Positions 49,129 through 62,005 of a stretch of DNA of 64,000 nt are shown here, piece after piece. The DNA lies in NCBI GenBank assembly GCA_017654855.1, contig CM030336.1, positions 1,984,001-2,048,000 of the forward strand. The letters are read 5' to 3'. Position 1 is the stretch's first letter. The number at the start of each line of letters is the position of its first letter. A program made the translations under genes and the position numbers. Source of the DNA: Podospora anserina (lineage: Eukaryota). Under the pieces are notes generated by a model. That model saw only the letters and a program-made list of their open reading frames with translations, did no database searches and was not told where the DNA came from.

Positions 49129-49528
49129 TCATGCTTCATTGGGACGTTTTAAAACATAGCTAGTGGACAAGTTAGCTGTAGTAGGATGAGGCGTAGCAGG
49201 AGGAGGCTCAGCGGCACAGAGAACGCAGAGAAAAGCGGACGGAATCCCAGAGGATGGCACAGACTCTGCCGCACGCCGCAAGATGCAACGGTCGACGGGG
49301 TTGGCTCCACGCCGCTGGGGCACATACACACATCGCCGCATCGTCGGGACGAGGGACCCGATTGAAAGGTTTTGCTGGTGGCGTTTGCTTGGTATTCGGA
49401 TTTGTGCGAGACTGATTCTTTGAGGCGGGCAAACAGTGGACTGGCCGTATTAGGTCAATGGTGGATCTTGAATTCTGGTTGGTAGAGATGTGAAGAGGAC
49501 AGTTTTGGGAAGCCCCCTTTTTTTTATA
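49129..49528 (-). other. Putative spliced micro-ORF or non-coding transcript with a structured intron
   Basis: TATAAAA 49528-49522, donor GTATGT at 49327, branch GCTAAC 49176-49171, acceptor TAG at 49160. No long ORF. Confidence 0.45.
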
Positions 49529-50032
49529 CCCCTATTCTGCCCCTGATGTGGCAACACATAGATACCTTACTGAGTCAGCAAGCAACTAGCTAACGATTAT
49601 GCGTAGTTGGCACAACGGCAGGCGTGTTTGATAGAAACCATAGATTTTGAATTGTACAAGAAATCTAGAGAAGTAAATTGTGTACATATGTCTGGCCACA
49701 CACGTGCAGAAACGTGTAATATTCACCAGCTTCTGTAGTCCAAAGTCCGAACTATAAAACCGAGACAGTGGCGGTGGCACAGACCGTCTAGTAACGTCCA
49801 TAGTTTCTTGTAGATATTTATAAGCAGTCTAGAACCGATGGCTGGCGGGTATGTGACACCAATGTTCAAGCTAACGATTCAAAAGAGGAAAGACGAGAAT
49901 CAAACCCAAGCCAACGTAGGCAAGCATGTGAACAAACAATAGCAATCAATAAATCCGGATAGCTGGTATACGAAAACGAAAATCAAACCGTTATCATTTC
50001 CATCATGATCTCGCCAGCTGCTCGCATACACT

Positions 50033-51277
50033 TCATATCTTGGTCCCCGGCCTCGCCAACGCTCTCTGCTGCCGTATCGCCGAACTGCTGATCTTCGCCG
50101 AGAAATTCTCTTCTGTTTTGGTCACCTCTTTCTCCTCCAACACATCCTCCGCATCCAGCACATCCACCTCAAACACCTCCAACGTCTTCCACCCCTGTTC
50201 AGCCCTCTTATCATTCACTGCCTTGCCTCCTGACCTCGTCTCCCCAGACACAACCAACGCATCAACATTCTCCACCGTGATCGTCGGCCCAAAAGGATCT
50301 TGAATCCTGACACAGTGAACAAGAATCGTCCCATCCCTAAACCAAGCCTTGACATCGCCGTCCCTTTCCTCCACTCGTCGCGGCTGCTGAGTGTCTTTCC
50401 ATCCTCTTTCCGAGAGCTCGAGAATCCGAGACAGAAACAAAATCACATTCCTCGCTCTGGTTTCCCAGGACTGGACGAACTCGGCATACTTTTTGTTTTT
50501 CAAAAGCTCATCGCCTGTGATGCCGATGATGTAGGTGCAAGGTTGCATATTGGCGTCGTCTTTTCTTGGGACTTTCAACAACAGCGCAGCGGCGGTGAGG
50601 AGAAGCTTGTGACCTGGGTGTAGATAGTCAAAGGTTCCACCGAGGCAGACGACAGGGACCCCCGGCGTCCGAGCGGGTGTTGGGCGTGGTATGTTTCCTT
50701 GGGGGGCAACATGCATAGTGATGCCCCCTTCGACAGGAATCAACTGCTCCTGCAGCAATGTTTGCCTCCCCTCAGCGAGCTTGAGATAGGTCTGATAAAA
50801 CTGAAGCCCAACCTCGCTTCGGACGTGGAAGATGTAGTTCCATGGGTGATAGGCCGAGGCAAAGGTTGCGAGGTCAATCACGGTGGTGTTGTTGGTCTCA
50901 ATGGCAGGGCGGAAGTCTTCAGTGAAGCGCTTGTTGCGGTTGTGGTCAATCATAACGACTGTGGCATCGACTGAGTTTGGCCCGCCGTCAATTTCGGTGC
51001 CGATGCCAAGCTGAGCAGAGACGACGGAGATGATGGTGTAGATGCCGGCTACCAAAGCCTGGGCTTCGGTCCATGACAGGGTCTTGGACCGCAAGAACTG
51101 GCCGTGCAATATTGGGCATTCGACAGCTACGGTGAGTTTAGAGGCGCCATTTGGTCGCTTTAGCCTTGAGAGTGCAGCAGTGATGGATGGTCGATATGCC
51201 GTGTTTAACAACGAGCGACTTGAGGGGTCGGGAGGAAATGGAAGCAATAGCAACGAGGGTAGTTCGTCTCGAGGCAT
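50033..51277 (-). CDS. CAB4: Phosphopantetheine adenylyltransferase (cytidylyltransferase family)
   Basis: GGTFDYLHPGHKLLL (HxGH), IGITGDELLKNKK, IQDPFGPT, LVVSGET, KISSSAIR. Confidence 0.9.
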   Translation of the reverse strand: MPRDELPSLLLLPFPPDPSSRSLLNTAYRPSITAALSRLKRPNGASKLTVAVECPILHGQFLRSKTLSWTEAQALVAGIYTIISVVSAQLGIGTEIDGGPNSVDATVVMIDHNRNKRFTEDFRPAIETNNTTVIDLATFASAYHPWNYIFHVRSEVGLQFYQTYLKLAEGRQTLLQEQLIPVEGGITMHVAPQGNIPRPTPARTPGVPVVCLGGTFDYLHPGHKLLLTAAALLLKVPRKDDANMQPCTYIIGITGDELLKNKKYAEFVQSWETRARNVILFLSRILELSERGWKDTQQPRRVEERDGDVKAWFRDGTILVHCVRIQDPFGPTITVENVDALVVSGETRSGGKAVNDKRAEQGWKTLEVFEVDVLDAEDVLEEKEVTKTEENFSAKISSSAIRQQRALARPGTKI

Positions 51278-52303
51278 GGTGAATAGCTATGACTGGTTGT
51301 GTGGAAATTGGTGATAGATTCAAGATATGTCTGGTGGCAGATGTTGAGAGTATAATACAGGTGACGGGACGTTGTTTAGCGGGACGTTGAGATGGGCCAC
51401 TGATGCACGATGATAACCGCGGTTCGTCCTCAGCGCTGCAGATACCCGCTCGGCTGGTCTGGTTGGGTAAGGTAACAGGTAGCGGGAACACGTGAGGTCT
51501 GCAGTTGTTCTCCCGCCGGGTTTGTTTCTCCAACTCCCTCTGCTCTGACGATTGAAGCTTCCGCTGTTGCTGTGGAGGGCCTGAAAGGAAGCTACCGATA
51601 ATCCAGCTTGTTGTTAGCGGAGCAGCCGGTCCACCAACCTCCAAAAAGGCCGCGGGGCTACCCCTGGGTAGATGCAACGGTTCAGGCAGGAGATGCACAT
51701 CACCCCAGAAGCCATCCGCTGTGTATGTGTCTCGCTGTGTGGCTTTGATATTGACCACCATTCAGGTACCCGTAGGTCGTTAGATTTGAGTCAACAAGTG
51801 ACGCCCTAGATCAATCCAACGTGTCAGAGACCAGCCGCAGACACCTGGTCAGTGCTCAGTAGGCGGCTGACGATTCGCGACTTGGCGGCTAAGGTAGTAG
51901 CCCCTCGGCGGCTGGATTGGGTGCACGATTGCTGCCAAACCGAAACATCACATTTGGTCGCCCGGTTTGGGAAATCCCCTCTTCAGCATAGCACAAGTCC
52001 TGCGATCTTCTACCGCAAGCCAATTCTGGGCTCTTGGGCCCAAACAGCCACATCTCGCGCTGAAGACGCGACACTGACACCGGTCCTGCATTCCGGTCGC
52101 AAGACGGAGCCACGGTGGGCGGACATCGCATCGCTCTGGCGCATCTCGAACTACGAACCACCCCGCTCCCCCAAACAAGTACTCCAATCATCCCCCGCCT
52201 CCCGCCGCTGCTTGATTCGAGTCGACCCTCCGATCAACCAAGCTCGGACCCGGCACCGAACCTCCTGTGTGCTGCGCGCTGAATTTTGAGAGTGTCCGAG
52301 ACC

Positions 52304-54332
52304 ATGAACCAACAGCAGCAATACCAGCAACCGTCGAGGCGGACAGACGCCTACTCGTCGCAACACGACGAACTCCACCTGCCCTCGTCATCCAGCATGG
52401 CCCACCAAGGCCAACATCCCCTTCAACAGCAGCAGCAGCAGCTTCCCACCCGCCAATATTCCTCTGGGCCCGGCGTTCCTCCCCATATCAAGCTCGAGCA
52501 GTCCCCAAATCCTCAGCAGCATCACCACCAAAGCGCCGGTGTAGTGCCCAACGTGCTACAGCCGGGCGGGCTGCAAACCAGACCTCCTGTCATCTCGTCA
52601 AATACCGCTCCGGTCCTGCCTACCATGCAGCAACAGCAGCCACCAGACTATCAGCCTCATCAAACACCAACAAAATCCAACTCGATGAACCTGTCGCATA
52701 ATTACCCGCGATCCAGCCCCGCCGCTCCCTACGAGGGCGGGTCCGGCTACTCTGCCTACGCTCCCAACACTCCTGGCGGTGCCGGGAGCTCTTCGCAGTA
52801 CATGTCGCCAACCGATTCAAAATACAGCCAGTCCTCGGGCTCCCAGCGCATCCCCTCCAATGCGCCCCTTGGTCTCGCTGACATACGGCCCCGCGCTGAC
52901 TCGAGTCTTTCCGATGGCATCCCCGGGACCACCTCCTACGAGCATGCAAACACTCAGTCACGTACCAGCAACTACATGGCCCCATGGGCTCTCTATGCGT
53001 TCGACTGGTGCAAATGGGCTCCCCAGGGAAACAGTGCTGGGAAAGTAGCTATTGGGAGTTATTTGGAAGATGGGCACAACTACGTAAGTACATGCGAGCG
53101 ATATGTCGCTGCTTGGAAATGTCTTCTCTGACTGGTTCACTTCCGGTGGTAGATTCAAATTCTCGACGCTCAAGTATCTCCCACACCGTCTGACGTCTAC
53201 TCGCCCGCCGGGTCGAGGTATACAATGGACTTTACTAGAATCGCCGAAGCAACTCACTCCTATCCCGTCACACGTCTCCTGTGGGAGCCTCCATCGTCAC
53301 AAAAACAGTCAACCGATCTTTTGGCCACATCCGGCGACCACCTCCGCCTTTGGTCTCTTCCTTCCGATCCTCAAGTTCAGACTCCTGGCTCCTCGATAAC
53401 GTCAAGAAACGGCCGTGACATGCCGATTACGAAACTCACCCCCTTGGCTTTGCTCTCCAATTCCAAGACACCCGACCACACAGCACCCCTGACCTCGCTC
53501 GACTGGAACACCGTGACCCCCAGCTTAATTATCACGTCCAGCATCGACACTACCTGTACCATCTGGGATATTCCATCCCTCACGGCCAAAACTCAGTTAA
53601 TCGCCCACGACAAGGAAGTCTACGACGTCCGTTTTTGCGCCAACAGTGTGGACGTCTTTGTGAGCTGTGGTCAGGACGGCAGCGTGAGAATGTTTGATCT
53701 GAGGAGTCTGGAGCACAGCACCATTATTTACGAGCCAACCGGAAAGGAAGAAAGAGGTATACCTTTTCCCCCATTTCCTTCTTATTTTTTACCCGTAAAC
53801 TAATATATTTGTTCTAGACGCCAACGGAGGTCGCATCTCCCCCACACTTGCCCAGCAAACAATGTCCCACCCTCCTCCCCTCCTCCGACTGGCCACCTCC
53901 CCCCACGACCAGCACCTCCTCGCCACCTTTGCCCAAGACAGCAACGTAATACGCATCCTCGACGTGCGCCAGCCAGGCCAGGCCCTCCTCGAGCTCCGCG
54001 GCCACGGCGGCGCGCTCAACTGCGTCGAGTGGTCCCCTCTGAGGAGAGGAACCTTGGCCTCGGGAGGTGACGACTGCCAGGTGTTGATCTGGGACTTGCT
54101 GAACAACAACAACACGTCCAACGCGGCCACAATCTCCACCAACGGAGCTGCCCCGCCAACGGGCGCTCAGGCTGCTGCAAGCACTGATAATGTCAGGAGT
54201 CCGGTTGCTGCTTGGCAGTGCGAGTACGAGGTGGGCAATCTGGGGTGGGTGCCGCACTTGGCTGGGGGGGAGTATGGGGATTGGTTGGGTGTCAGCGCCG
54301 GGAGGGGGGTTTGGGGTGTGAAGTTGGGATGA
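52304..54332 (+). CDS. WD40 scaffold of the DCAF7/WDR68/An11 (yeast YPL247C) family with a Q/P/S-rich N-terminus
   Basis: APWALYAFDW, YPVTRLLWEP, LLATSGDHLRLW, APLTSLDWN, TSSIDTTCTIWD, KTQLIAHDKEVYDV, RMFDLRSLEHSTIIYE. Introns ~53084-53151 and ~53757-53817. Confidence 0.92.
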
Positions 54333-54967
54333 AAGGGAAACGATAGCGACAAGAAGAGAAGAGGTTGAAGGATTATGATACCGTATGAACAACGTGAATG
54401 AAATTGGATGTTGGAAGGAGGGGGGGGAATGAAGGAATGTTTGATAACTAGTTGGGGAGGTTTCTGACGTTGGGAGGCTAAAATGAGAGGAGGTTTGTTT
54501 GTGATGCACGAAGAGAGGAGACAAAGGCAGAGAGGGACAGGAGAAGAGGCATCAAAAGGGACAGGAAAGCAAGCATTACATATCTGATATCTATAGACGG
54601 AATGAGCCTGTGTACTGCTTTGTTTTAACCCTTGAGACCGTAGATTATGGAATAGGTACATGCTGCAGCATGTCTTTACGCCCATGTCGATACAAGGCTT
54701 CACACTCAGAAACAAAAGGCATAATATGATCCAGCATCTGACTTTTTGGTCTTCTCTAACGTCGCTACCCCCAAAAAAGAGCAAGATTTGACTTTTGTTG
54801 GTTTTGTTGCGCATATTATCAAGATGCAACACACGCTATAAAACTTTCCGAAAAAGACACTCCTTTCATTACTCATTACAATGTTCGTAGCATTTGATGA
54901 GGTCATGGTATTTGTTTTCAAGATGACCACCAACTATTTTATCTCAACACATCACATGACAAGACGC

Positions 54968-56015
54968 TTAAAGCTTCTGCATGGCAACAATGTCGGAAGA
55001 CTGAACGTAGTCCTCGAGCTCGGCGATCTGCTCCTGGAGATCATCAAGAGAGACCTTCTCGTCCTCGACGACAAGGTTGATCTGGAGCTTCTTGATACCG
55101 AAGCCGACGGCGACGAGCTTGGAAGCACCCCAGACGAGGCCGTCCTTCTCGATGGCACGGACACCCTCCTCGAGGGCAACCATGTCGGTCTCATCATCTG
55201 TGGAGAAGCAGTGTTAGCAGGAATGCCAGAAAAAGTAAATCATTGAAAATTGCAACATACCCCAAGGCTTGACGTCCATGGTAACGACGGACTTGGCGGC
55301 GGGCTTGGCCTTGCCCTCCTTCTTCTTGCGGTACTCGGCGAGGCGCTCCTCACGGATGCGGGCAGCCTCGGCGTCCTCCTCCTCGTCGTCGGAACCGAAG
55401 AGGTCGACATCCTCATCCTCCTCCTCGGCGGCGGCGGCGGGGGCCTTGGCGGGGTTGAGGGTCACCTCGGCGACGTCGGGGCCGTAGACGGTGTAGGGCT
55501 GGCTGGCATCACCGGGGAGGGTGGTGAACTCCTCCTCGTAGGAGGCGATGTGCTTGTACCAACGGGCAGCGTTGGGGTACTTGGCGGCATCGGGAGCGGA
55601 GCTCAGGGCCTTGAAGACGACAACATCGGCCTGGGAGGCAGAGTACCTTTGGAGAAGCGCCTTTGTTAGTTCACAACGTCTCTTTTGCTTTTCTTTTGCG
55701 CGCTTAGAATTGGCAGTGAACAAGAGGACACAAAGCGCAATTCAGAGCCGAAAACTGAACTGCGCGCTGCGGGGTGAAAAGGAGAAGGGAAATCAGAGTC
55801 GCAATAATTTGCTGGATGTGTAATCATTTGCAGAGGTCTTAATTCTGCTAAGAAACACGGACCATAGTGATCATCATGAAAAGAGAGGCAAAAATGGTGT
55901 ATGACTGTCAGGGAGGGGGAGAAATCAACACATACCCGGTAACGTAAGAGCGGGTAAGGAGCCAGTTGTTGAGCACGGTGAGACCGGCATCGGAGAGGAG
56001 ATCGGTGAAGCCCAT
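54968..56015 (-). CDS. EFB1: Translation elongation factor 1-beta
   Basis: Exons 56015-55936, 55646-55261 and 55197-54968. MGFTDL...RWYKHI...DLFGSDDEE...DVKPWDDETD...[12 protein letters not shown]. Confidence 0.97.
55790..55881 (-). ncRNA. snR18: Box C/D snoRNA snR18/U18 in EFB1 intron 1
   Basis: Box C ATGATGA (55877-55871), guide TGGTCCGTGTTT complementary to the LSU rRNA motif AAACACGGACCA, D' CTTA, C'-like ATGATT, box D CTGA (55796-55793). The yeast EFB1 intron is known to host U18. Confidence 0.9.
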
Positions 56016-56807
56016 TTTGATGATGTTGTGAAGTCTTTGCGACGTCGTTTTGTTTAGAGGTGTGGATGAGGAAGTTGTCGAGGTGGCAGCAAGGAGGGCG
56101 AGGATGGCGGGGTTGGAAAATCTTTTGGATTTAATAGATTTCGCTGAGTCCCGGAACCCCGCACTGAGCAGCCCACTTTCGCCCACCCCCCTCGTCCCTG
56201 ATTTTGATGGCCTGAGGTAGAAAGGGTCGCTGCCCGACGCTCCACTTTAACTGCTCTGGACCGAGGACCCTGGTTGGCTCCGCGTTTCATCTCATCTCTG
56301 GGATGGACAGGTCCAGATCACGAAACACCATGAAGGGTTTTGTTGAAAGCTGGAGACAGAAATGATTTGTTTTGGAGCCTCAATGTCATGGTACTTGACT
56401 CTGCTCACTCGATCCAGGTAGAAGTAAGGATTGGGGTAATGCGACCCTTGAAGACGGCCTACAACCAGCCTGGAGTTCTCACTCGCCCTGCCAAACACAT
56501 GTGTGTTTCTGGATGACTCAAGCATCACCATGAATATGACATACACATTAATGTCCCGAGAATTTGGGTATTCTTAGTCAACTATTTTACCGGTATTCTC
56601 TTTCCTAGACCCTTGGTAGCTTAGAATTAAAGTCTTCTCCCAAGATGACTGATTCAGGGGACTGTTGTCCCACATGTCCCAGCAAGAAAATACTGTTGAC
56701 AAGCTCCGGGCTGTAGGGTTAGGATACAACCATTGTCTCTCACAAGACAGACCATAAATCTATCTGAGAAACTCAGCATAGCCCTGACATGTTCTGAAAG
56801 GTACAAC

Positions 56808-57825
56808 TTATTCCTCCTCGGCTTGATCACCACCACTCAAATCCGGAATCCACCCCTTGGGACGTTCGCTACCCCTGATGGTCCTGTCGTAACCCAGACG
56901 TTCAACCTTTTGAACAGACTGCCGTGTGACCTCCAGCTTCTTCTCCCACTGGAACCTGTTGCCTTGCCCAACGGGAAGCATCTCAAAAAAGCTACCCAGC
57001 TCATGCATATCCTCGACAATGGTTCGAGGCTGTTCGTCACCCCCAGCTCCGCCCCCAGCCATTGTGCCTGTCAGTGCTGTTGATGTAGTGGCAAAACGCA
57101 TCATTTCACCCGTAAGATCAAACACGCCGTAGAGGTAGTCATCTTGGGTGAGGCTAACTTTCGGTGTCTCCTTCTCCAGGGGTTGCTCTGGGGCCGCAGC
57201 AGCTGGCTCGCTTGCATCCGTCATGGCTACATCCTCTGATGGTGTGATCCCCTTCCGGACCAAGTCCTCCATGATCGGTGTTAGCTGCTCGGGGGTGATG
57301 AGGGTCTGTGTCTTGAGATAATGCAAGAAAGTAAGCGCCTCCACAAGCTCTTCCAGACACATCAGGGATCGAGCATATCGGTAGCGATTGATGCCCTGGA
57401 TCTCAGGGGCAATGGTGGCCAGAAGCTTGGAGATATCGGCGAGCCGTGTGTCAATCTCGGCCTGGATGTTTTTTGGCAATTCCTCGTCGATTTTCCGGAT
57501 TCTGAATAATGATATGAGCATTTCAAGATATTTTCTTAGGATTTAGATCCACTCCATACCTCTGCAAGGCAAATATTCTGTCACGGTGGTTAGTGAAGGG
57601 TCAATTCGAGCCAAGGCAAATGCAAGCTCACATTTTCTTGCTCAAAGCCGTGATATCTCTTGAAGCCTTGATAATGCGCTCCCGGCGGTCATGATGCTGG
57701 TCAAGCTCATCTCTGAGAGTCTCAAACATGGGTGTGAACTGATTCTGCACAACCTTTTTGGCAGGCGGCTTTGGTCCATCCCTCTTCTTGGCATTGCCAT
57801 TCCAGTCACGCTTGAACCCGGACAT
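56808..57825 (-). CDS. Translin-associated factor X (TRAX, C3PO subunit); possible upstream start at 57891
   Basis: ELDQHHDRRERIIKASRDITALSKK, LEELVEALTF, DYLYGVFDLTGEMMRFA, RGSERPKGW. Two introns flank a micro-exon (IFALQR). Confidence 0.88.
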
Positions 57826-58293
57826 TTTGACGTATTTTTTGTTGGTTTGTACAAGAGGTGCAGTTTGTTGTCGCTCTTGGACGCCTTCCATTTTTGACGT
57901 CGTGGTGATTGGTTTGGTGCTATGGGGACACTCCATGGGCGTGGCTCTACACCAAAATTGTTAGGCTCATCTCATCTCAACAGGGGTGAGATTCACCCAG
58001 ACATGAAGGGTGAAGGACGACAATCTCATACATAAATCGACAATATTTCTCCGCATCGTGGCCAAAGCGATTTCTAACAAGCTTACATCTCTTGATGAAG
58101 TAAAAGGGTACAAAGGCGGTCGGAACTCTGTGTGGGAAAGCTGGGCAGATCACCAAGTTGTATCGGGTTGACACGTCGTTACTGTGTTGCTGAGCTTGAC
58201 CGAGAAGGGAAGATTGAAAACAATTCCAAAAGGCAAATGGTTATCGACACACAATCGACTTGAAAATTGATCAGGCGGGCAAGACAGGAAGAC

Positions 58294-59691
58294 ATGACGA
58301 AGCCATCAGGCACGGGCCAACCAAAGCCACCAGCAACATCATCCTCAGGTGCTTCTTCCTTGGTAACGACCTTTTTCGACCGCCCACTCCCCCTTTACCT
58401 ATCCGCCGCAATATTTCGTCTGGTGTTTCTCCTTTATGGCCTCTGGCAGGACGCAAACTCCCCCGTCAAATACACCGACATCGACTATCTCGTCTTCACC
58501 GATGCCGCACGCTTCGTCTCCCAAGGGCAGAGCCCCTATAAGCGAGAGACCTACCGCTACACTCCAGTCCTGGCCTGGCTTCTTCTCCCAACAGCCCATG
58601 TTACCGGAAACCGGACCCTAGACGTTGCATTCTTCAGCTTTGGCAAGGTTCTCTTTGCCATATCAGACTTGGTAGCAGGATGGCTTCTAGAAAAGGTGCT
58701 CGCCAAATCCATGGATGCCCCTCGAGCCCGCAAATTCGCCACCATCTGGCTTCTCAACCCAATGGTAGCCACCATCAGCACAAGAGGAAGCTCTGAAGGT
58801 CTTCTCGGAGTACTAGTCATGGCACTACTATGGGCCGTGTTGGAAAGACGTGTCACCTTGGCCGGTCTATTGCTCGGCTTCAGCGTACATTTCAAAATCT
58901 ACCCCTTTATCTACGCCCCCGCCATCGTCTGGTGGATGGACAACGAAAGAATGTCCCCCAACAAGACCAAACCCACCAGTCTATCATCCAAACCACCCTC
59001 CCTCACCGCCAAAATCCTCAACTTCATCACCCCACCCCGCCTCCAACTCGCCCTCATCAGCCTAACCACCTTCTCAACCCTCAACATAGCAATGTACCTC
59101 ATGTAAGCTCCCCCCCCTCCCCTCCCTTTTCTCCCCAGCCCCCAACTAACCTCCCCCCCCCTTCCCAGCTACGGCACCCCCTTCCTCCAAGAAACCTACC
59201 TCCACCACGTAACCCGCCTCGACCACCGCCACAACTTCTCCCCCTACAACACCCAACTCTACCTCTCCACCTCCCTCCCCCTTTCTTCATCATCTTCCAT
59301 CCGCATCGAAAAACTAGCCTTCCTCCCCCAACTCCTCCTCTCAACAGTCTTCATCCCGCTCGTCACTGCCAAAAAATCCCTCCCCACCTCCATGCTCGCC
59401 CAGACGTTCGCCTTTGTCACCTTCAACAAGGTCTGCACGAGCCAGTATTTTTTGTGGTATATGGTCCTGCTCCCCCTGTACCTCCCCCAGTCGAGCTTTG
59501 TGAAGAATAAAAGGTTCGGGCTCGCGGCGCTGGTGCTGTGGGTGGTGGCGCAGGGTGCGTGGCTGCAGCAGGGGTTTGAGCTGGAGTTTTTGGGGAATAG
59601 CACCTATTTGCCGGGCTTGTGGCTGGCGAGCTTGGCGTTTTTGGGGGTGAATTGTTGGATTTTGGGGGTGATTATTGGGGATGTGAGGTAA
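58294..59691 (+). CDS. GPI14: GPI mannosyltransferase I (PIG-M/Gpi14)
   Basis: KYTDIDY (DxD), SPYKRETYRYTP, WLLNP, STRGSSE, HFKIYP, DHRHNFS, FNKVCTSQYF. Intron ~59103-59168. Confidence 0.95.
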
Positions 59692-60270
59692 AGCAGTGAA
59701 GAAGACGGGTTTGTGGTAGAAAGGGGGTTTTGTGTGGAAAAAAGTGGAAGGTGGTTGGTATGGAAATGAGGAGCTTGTTGTGTAAATATAGTGGGTAGGG
59801 GTTGTATGTTTAAATGCATATAAATCTGGATGTTGAAAGGTGGAGGTCAGGTGTCTGCCCAGTATAGTAAAAAAGCATAGATGACCACCTGAATCATTAA
59901 ATATATTGATAATGGACATATCCAAAACTACATTCGACATGCAACCATGCTCTTGGTAACTCCGACACCCTCCCGGGGAGAAAAAAATCTCGGAGCCCGC
60001 GGTCTGATTCTATCAGGACAATGTAGGTACGTGAGAGGCAGTAACAAAGGTAGGTGTAACTGAGTTGCGTGTGCGTGTGTGCTCCAGAGTCATCGTCTTC
60101 TCTACATCTCCTTCTCGCTTCGCTTCCTCCTCCTCCTCCTCCTCCTCCTCGCCTCGTACTCCCACGGGTATATGAATAGAAAGGTAGTATCTGTCTCGTC
60201 TAGCTTTTACCGCAAATCACAACATCAGCATTCAGGCACTAAACCAAATCATTAAGCCTCTCGGTCCCCA

Positions 60271-62005
60271 TCATGATGAACTGGGAACGTTGGGCGCGCT
60301 GTTGGCTGCTGACGCAGCGGCCTCCTCCCAGGCCTTGTCTCCAGGCTTGGCGGCCTTCTTGTCCTCGTCGTCCTTCTTCTTATCCTTGCCCTTCTTCTTC
60401 GACTCCTTCTCCTTCTTCATGGCCGCCTCGGCAACAAGCTGCTCGAATGCCATGTAGTCGCCTTCCTCCTCAGGGCTGCGCTTGGCCTGTAACCAGTGTG
60501 TTAGTTTCTGAGAGATCACGGTCAGATAGCAGAGAAGATACGTACCGCCAGGCAAATTTCACCAATGTACACCAGCGCCTGCGCCCTTTCAAGCCTCTTC
60601 CCGTGTGGCACCTTCTTGTCGTTCAAAACAGCATCGCAAACATCCCGAAGCACGCTCTGAATCTCAAACTTGCTTCCCCTCCAGGCCGCCGTCAAGATCT
60701 TCCCCGTCACCCTGCGCTCATACTCGATCTTCTTCTCATCCGTCCACTCCTCCCCTCCCTGCTGCTCCAACCTGGCCATCTCCTCCATCGTTTGCTGGGC
60801 GTCAATAGCGCTGCTGATCGTGTTCCATGTGTCCTTGACTAACGTGCCCTTGTCCTTCATACGGCTGATGAACCCGCCCATACCAAAGAACTTCTGGCTC
60901 CGTAGAAGGGTGGTGCCCTTGCTGAAGTAAGTCGCGCCAATGGCGTGCAGGATATCGATGCCGAACGACTCCATCTTGAGCTCCTCCACCTCCAGCCTTG
61001 TCTTCTCCTGAAACGCGCGAGTGACGTCCTTGCCGTGATCCGTCTCTGTCCACACCGAAATACGATCGAGGAGCTTGCGGGCCAGGGTGTCAACGCGTTC
61101 CTGGCGAATCCGCTGGCGCTCCTTGTCCAGCGCCGCAAGCTGCTCTCTCTGCTCCTTGGACAAGCCTGCCTTGGACTTCTTCCCCTTCTTGTCACCTTCG
61201 TCCGTCTGCTGAGACACCTCATCCGACGGCCGATCCATAAGCGCAGGCCGGATAGGGATCTGGGTGCGGCCGCCGGGCTTGGGAGTGGACGCTCCTGACC
61301 CAGGGCCTGGCGAAGAAGACTTGGTGTACGGGGGTGGTACCTCCTCCGTCGCGGAGGGATTGTAGGTGTTGTATCCGGCCTCCTTGGCCTTCTTGGTGGG
61401 GGTCTCCTCCTCCACAACCACGGCAGGAACTGGTGGCTTGTCAGGCGGTACAGCGGACGATGACTCTCCACCCGATGTCTTGAGGCTCTCTTTCAGAGCG
61501 TCCGCTGTACCAGGGAACTCGCCATCCTTGGCGGCAGCGGCAGCCTCGGCCTCAGCAGCAGCGGCGGCGGCAGCCTCCTCTTCCTCAGCAGACATGGTAA
61601 TGTCCATGGTGGCGGTCAAATCCTTCATAAGGCTGATCTCGCCAATCCAGTCGACAAAAGACTCGCCGCCAAAGATGCTCGAGAAGAACTCGGCTGGGTC
61701 GACGAACCCCTCGGTTGGGCGGGCAGATTCTTTGCCATATTTGTCGTAGGCCTTGCGGAGGTCTTCGTCAGATAGAACTTGGTAAGCTTCGCCGATTTCT
61801 TGAAACTTGGCGTGAGCGTTGGGGTCGTTGGGGTTCTTGTCTGCATTTGGGGAGAGATGTTAGGCAAAGAAGCATACAAGTGTCGAGGCAACGACATACC
61901 CGGATGGTGGACGATGGCGAGCTTGCGATAGGCCTTTTTGATTTCGAGCTCAGTGGCCGTCGGCTTGACCCCGAGGGTGTCGTAGTAGGCCGTGTCTACC
62001 ACCAT
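60271..62005 (-). CDS. J-domain co-chaperone with DnaJ-X domain (Caj1/Djp1-like)
   Basis: [13 protein letters not shown]...[15 protein letters not shown] across intron ~61898-61843, then LKMESFG and [17 protein letters not shown]. Second intron ~60545-60489. Confidence 0.92.

Noticed and set aside
49160..49327. Structured intron considered as a TPP riboswitch or H/ACA snoRNA
   Set aside because: Lacks the TPP core (CTGAGA...GATAATxCCAGCG) and a well-placed ANANNA H box; kept only as an unknown structured element.
61625..61628. Apparent frameshift or overlap between DnaJ ORFs
   Set aside because: Resolved by the intron at ~61898-61843; the spliced frame is continuous.
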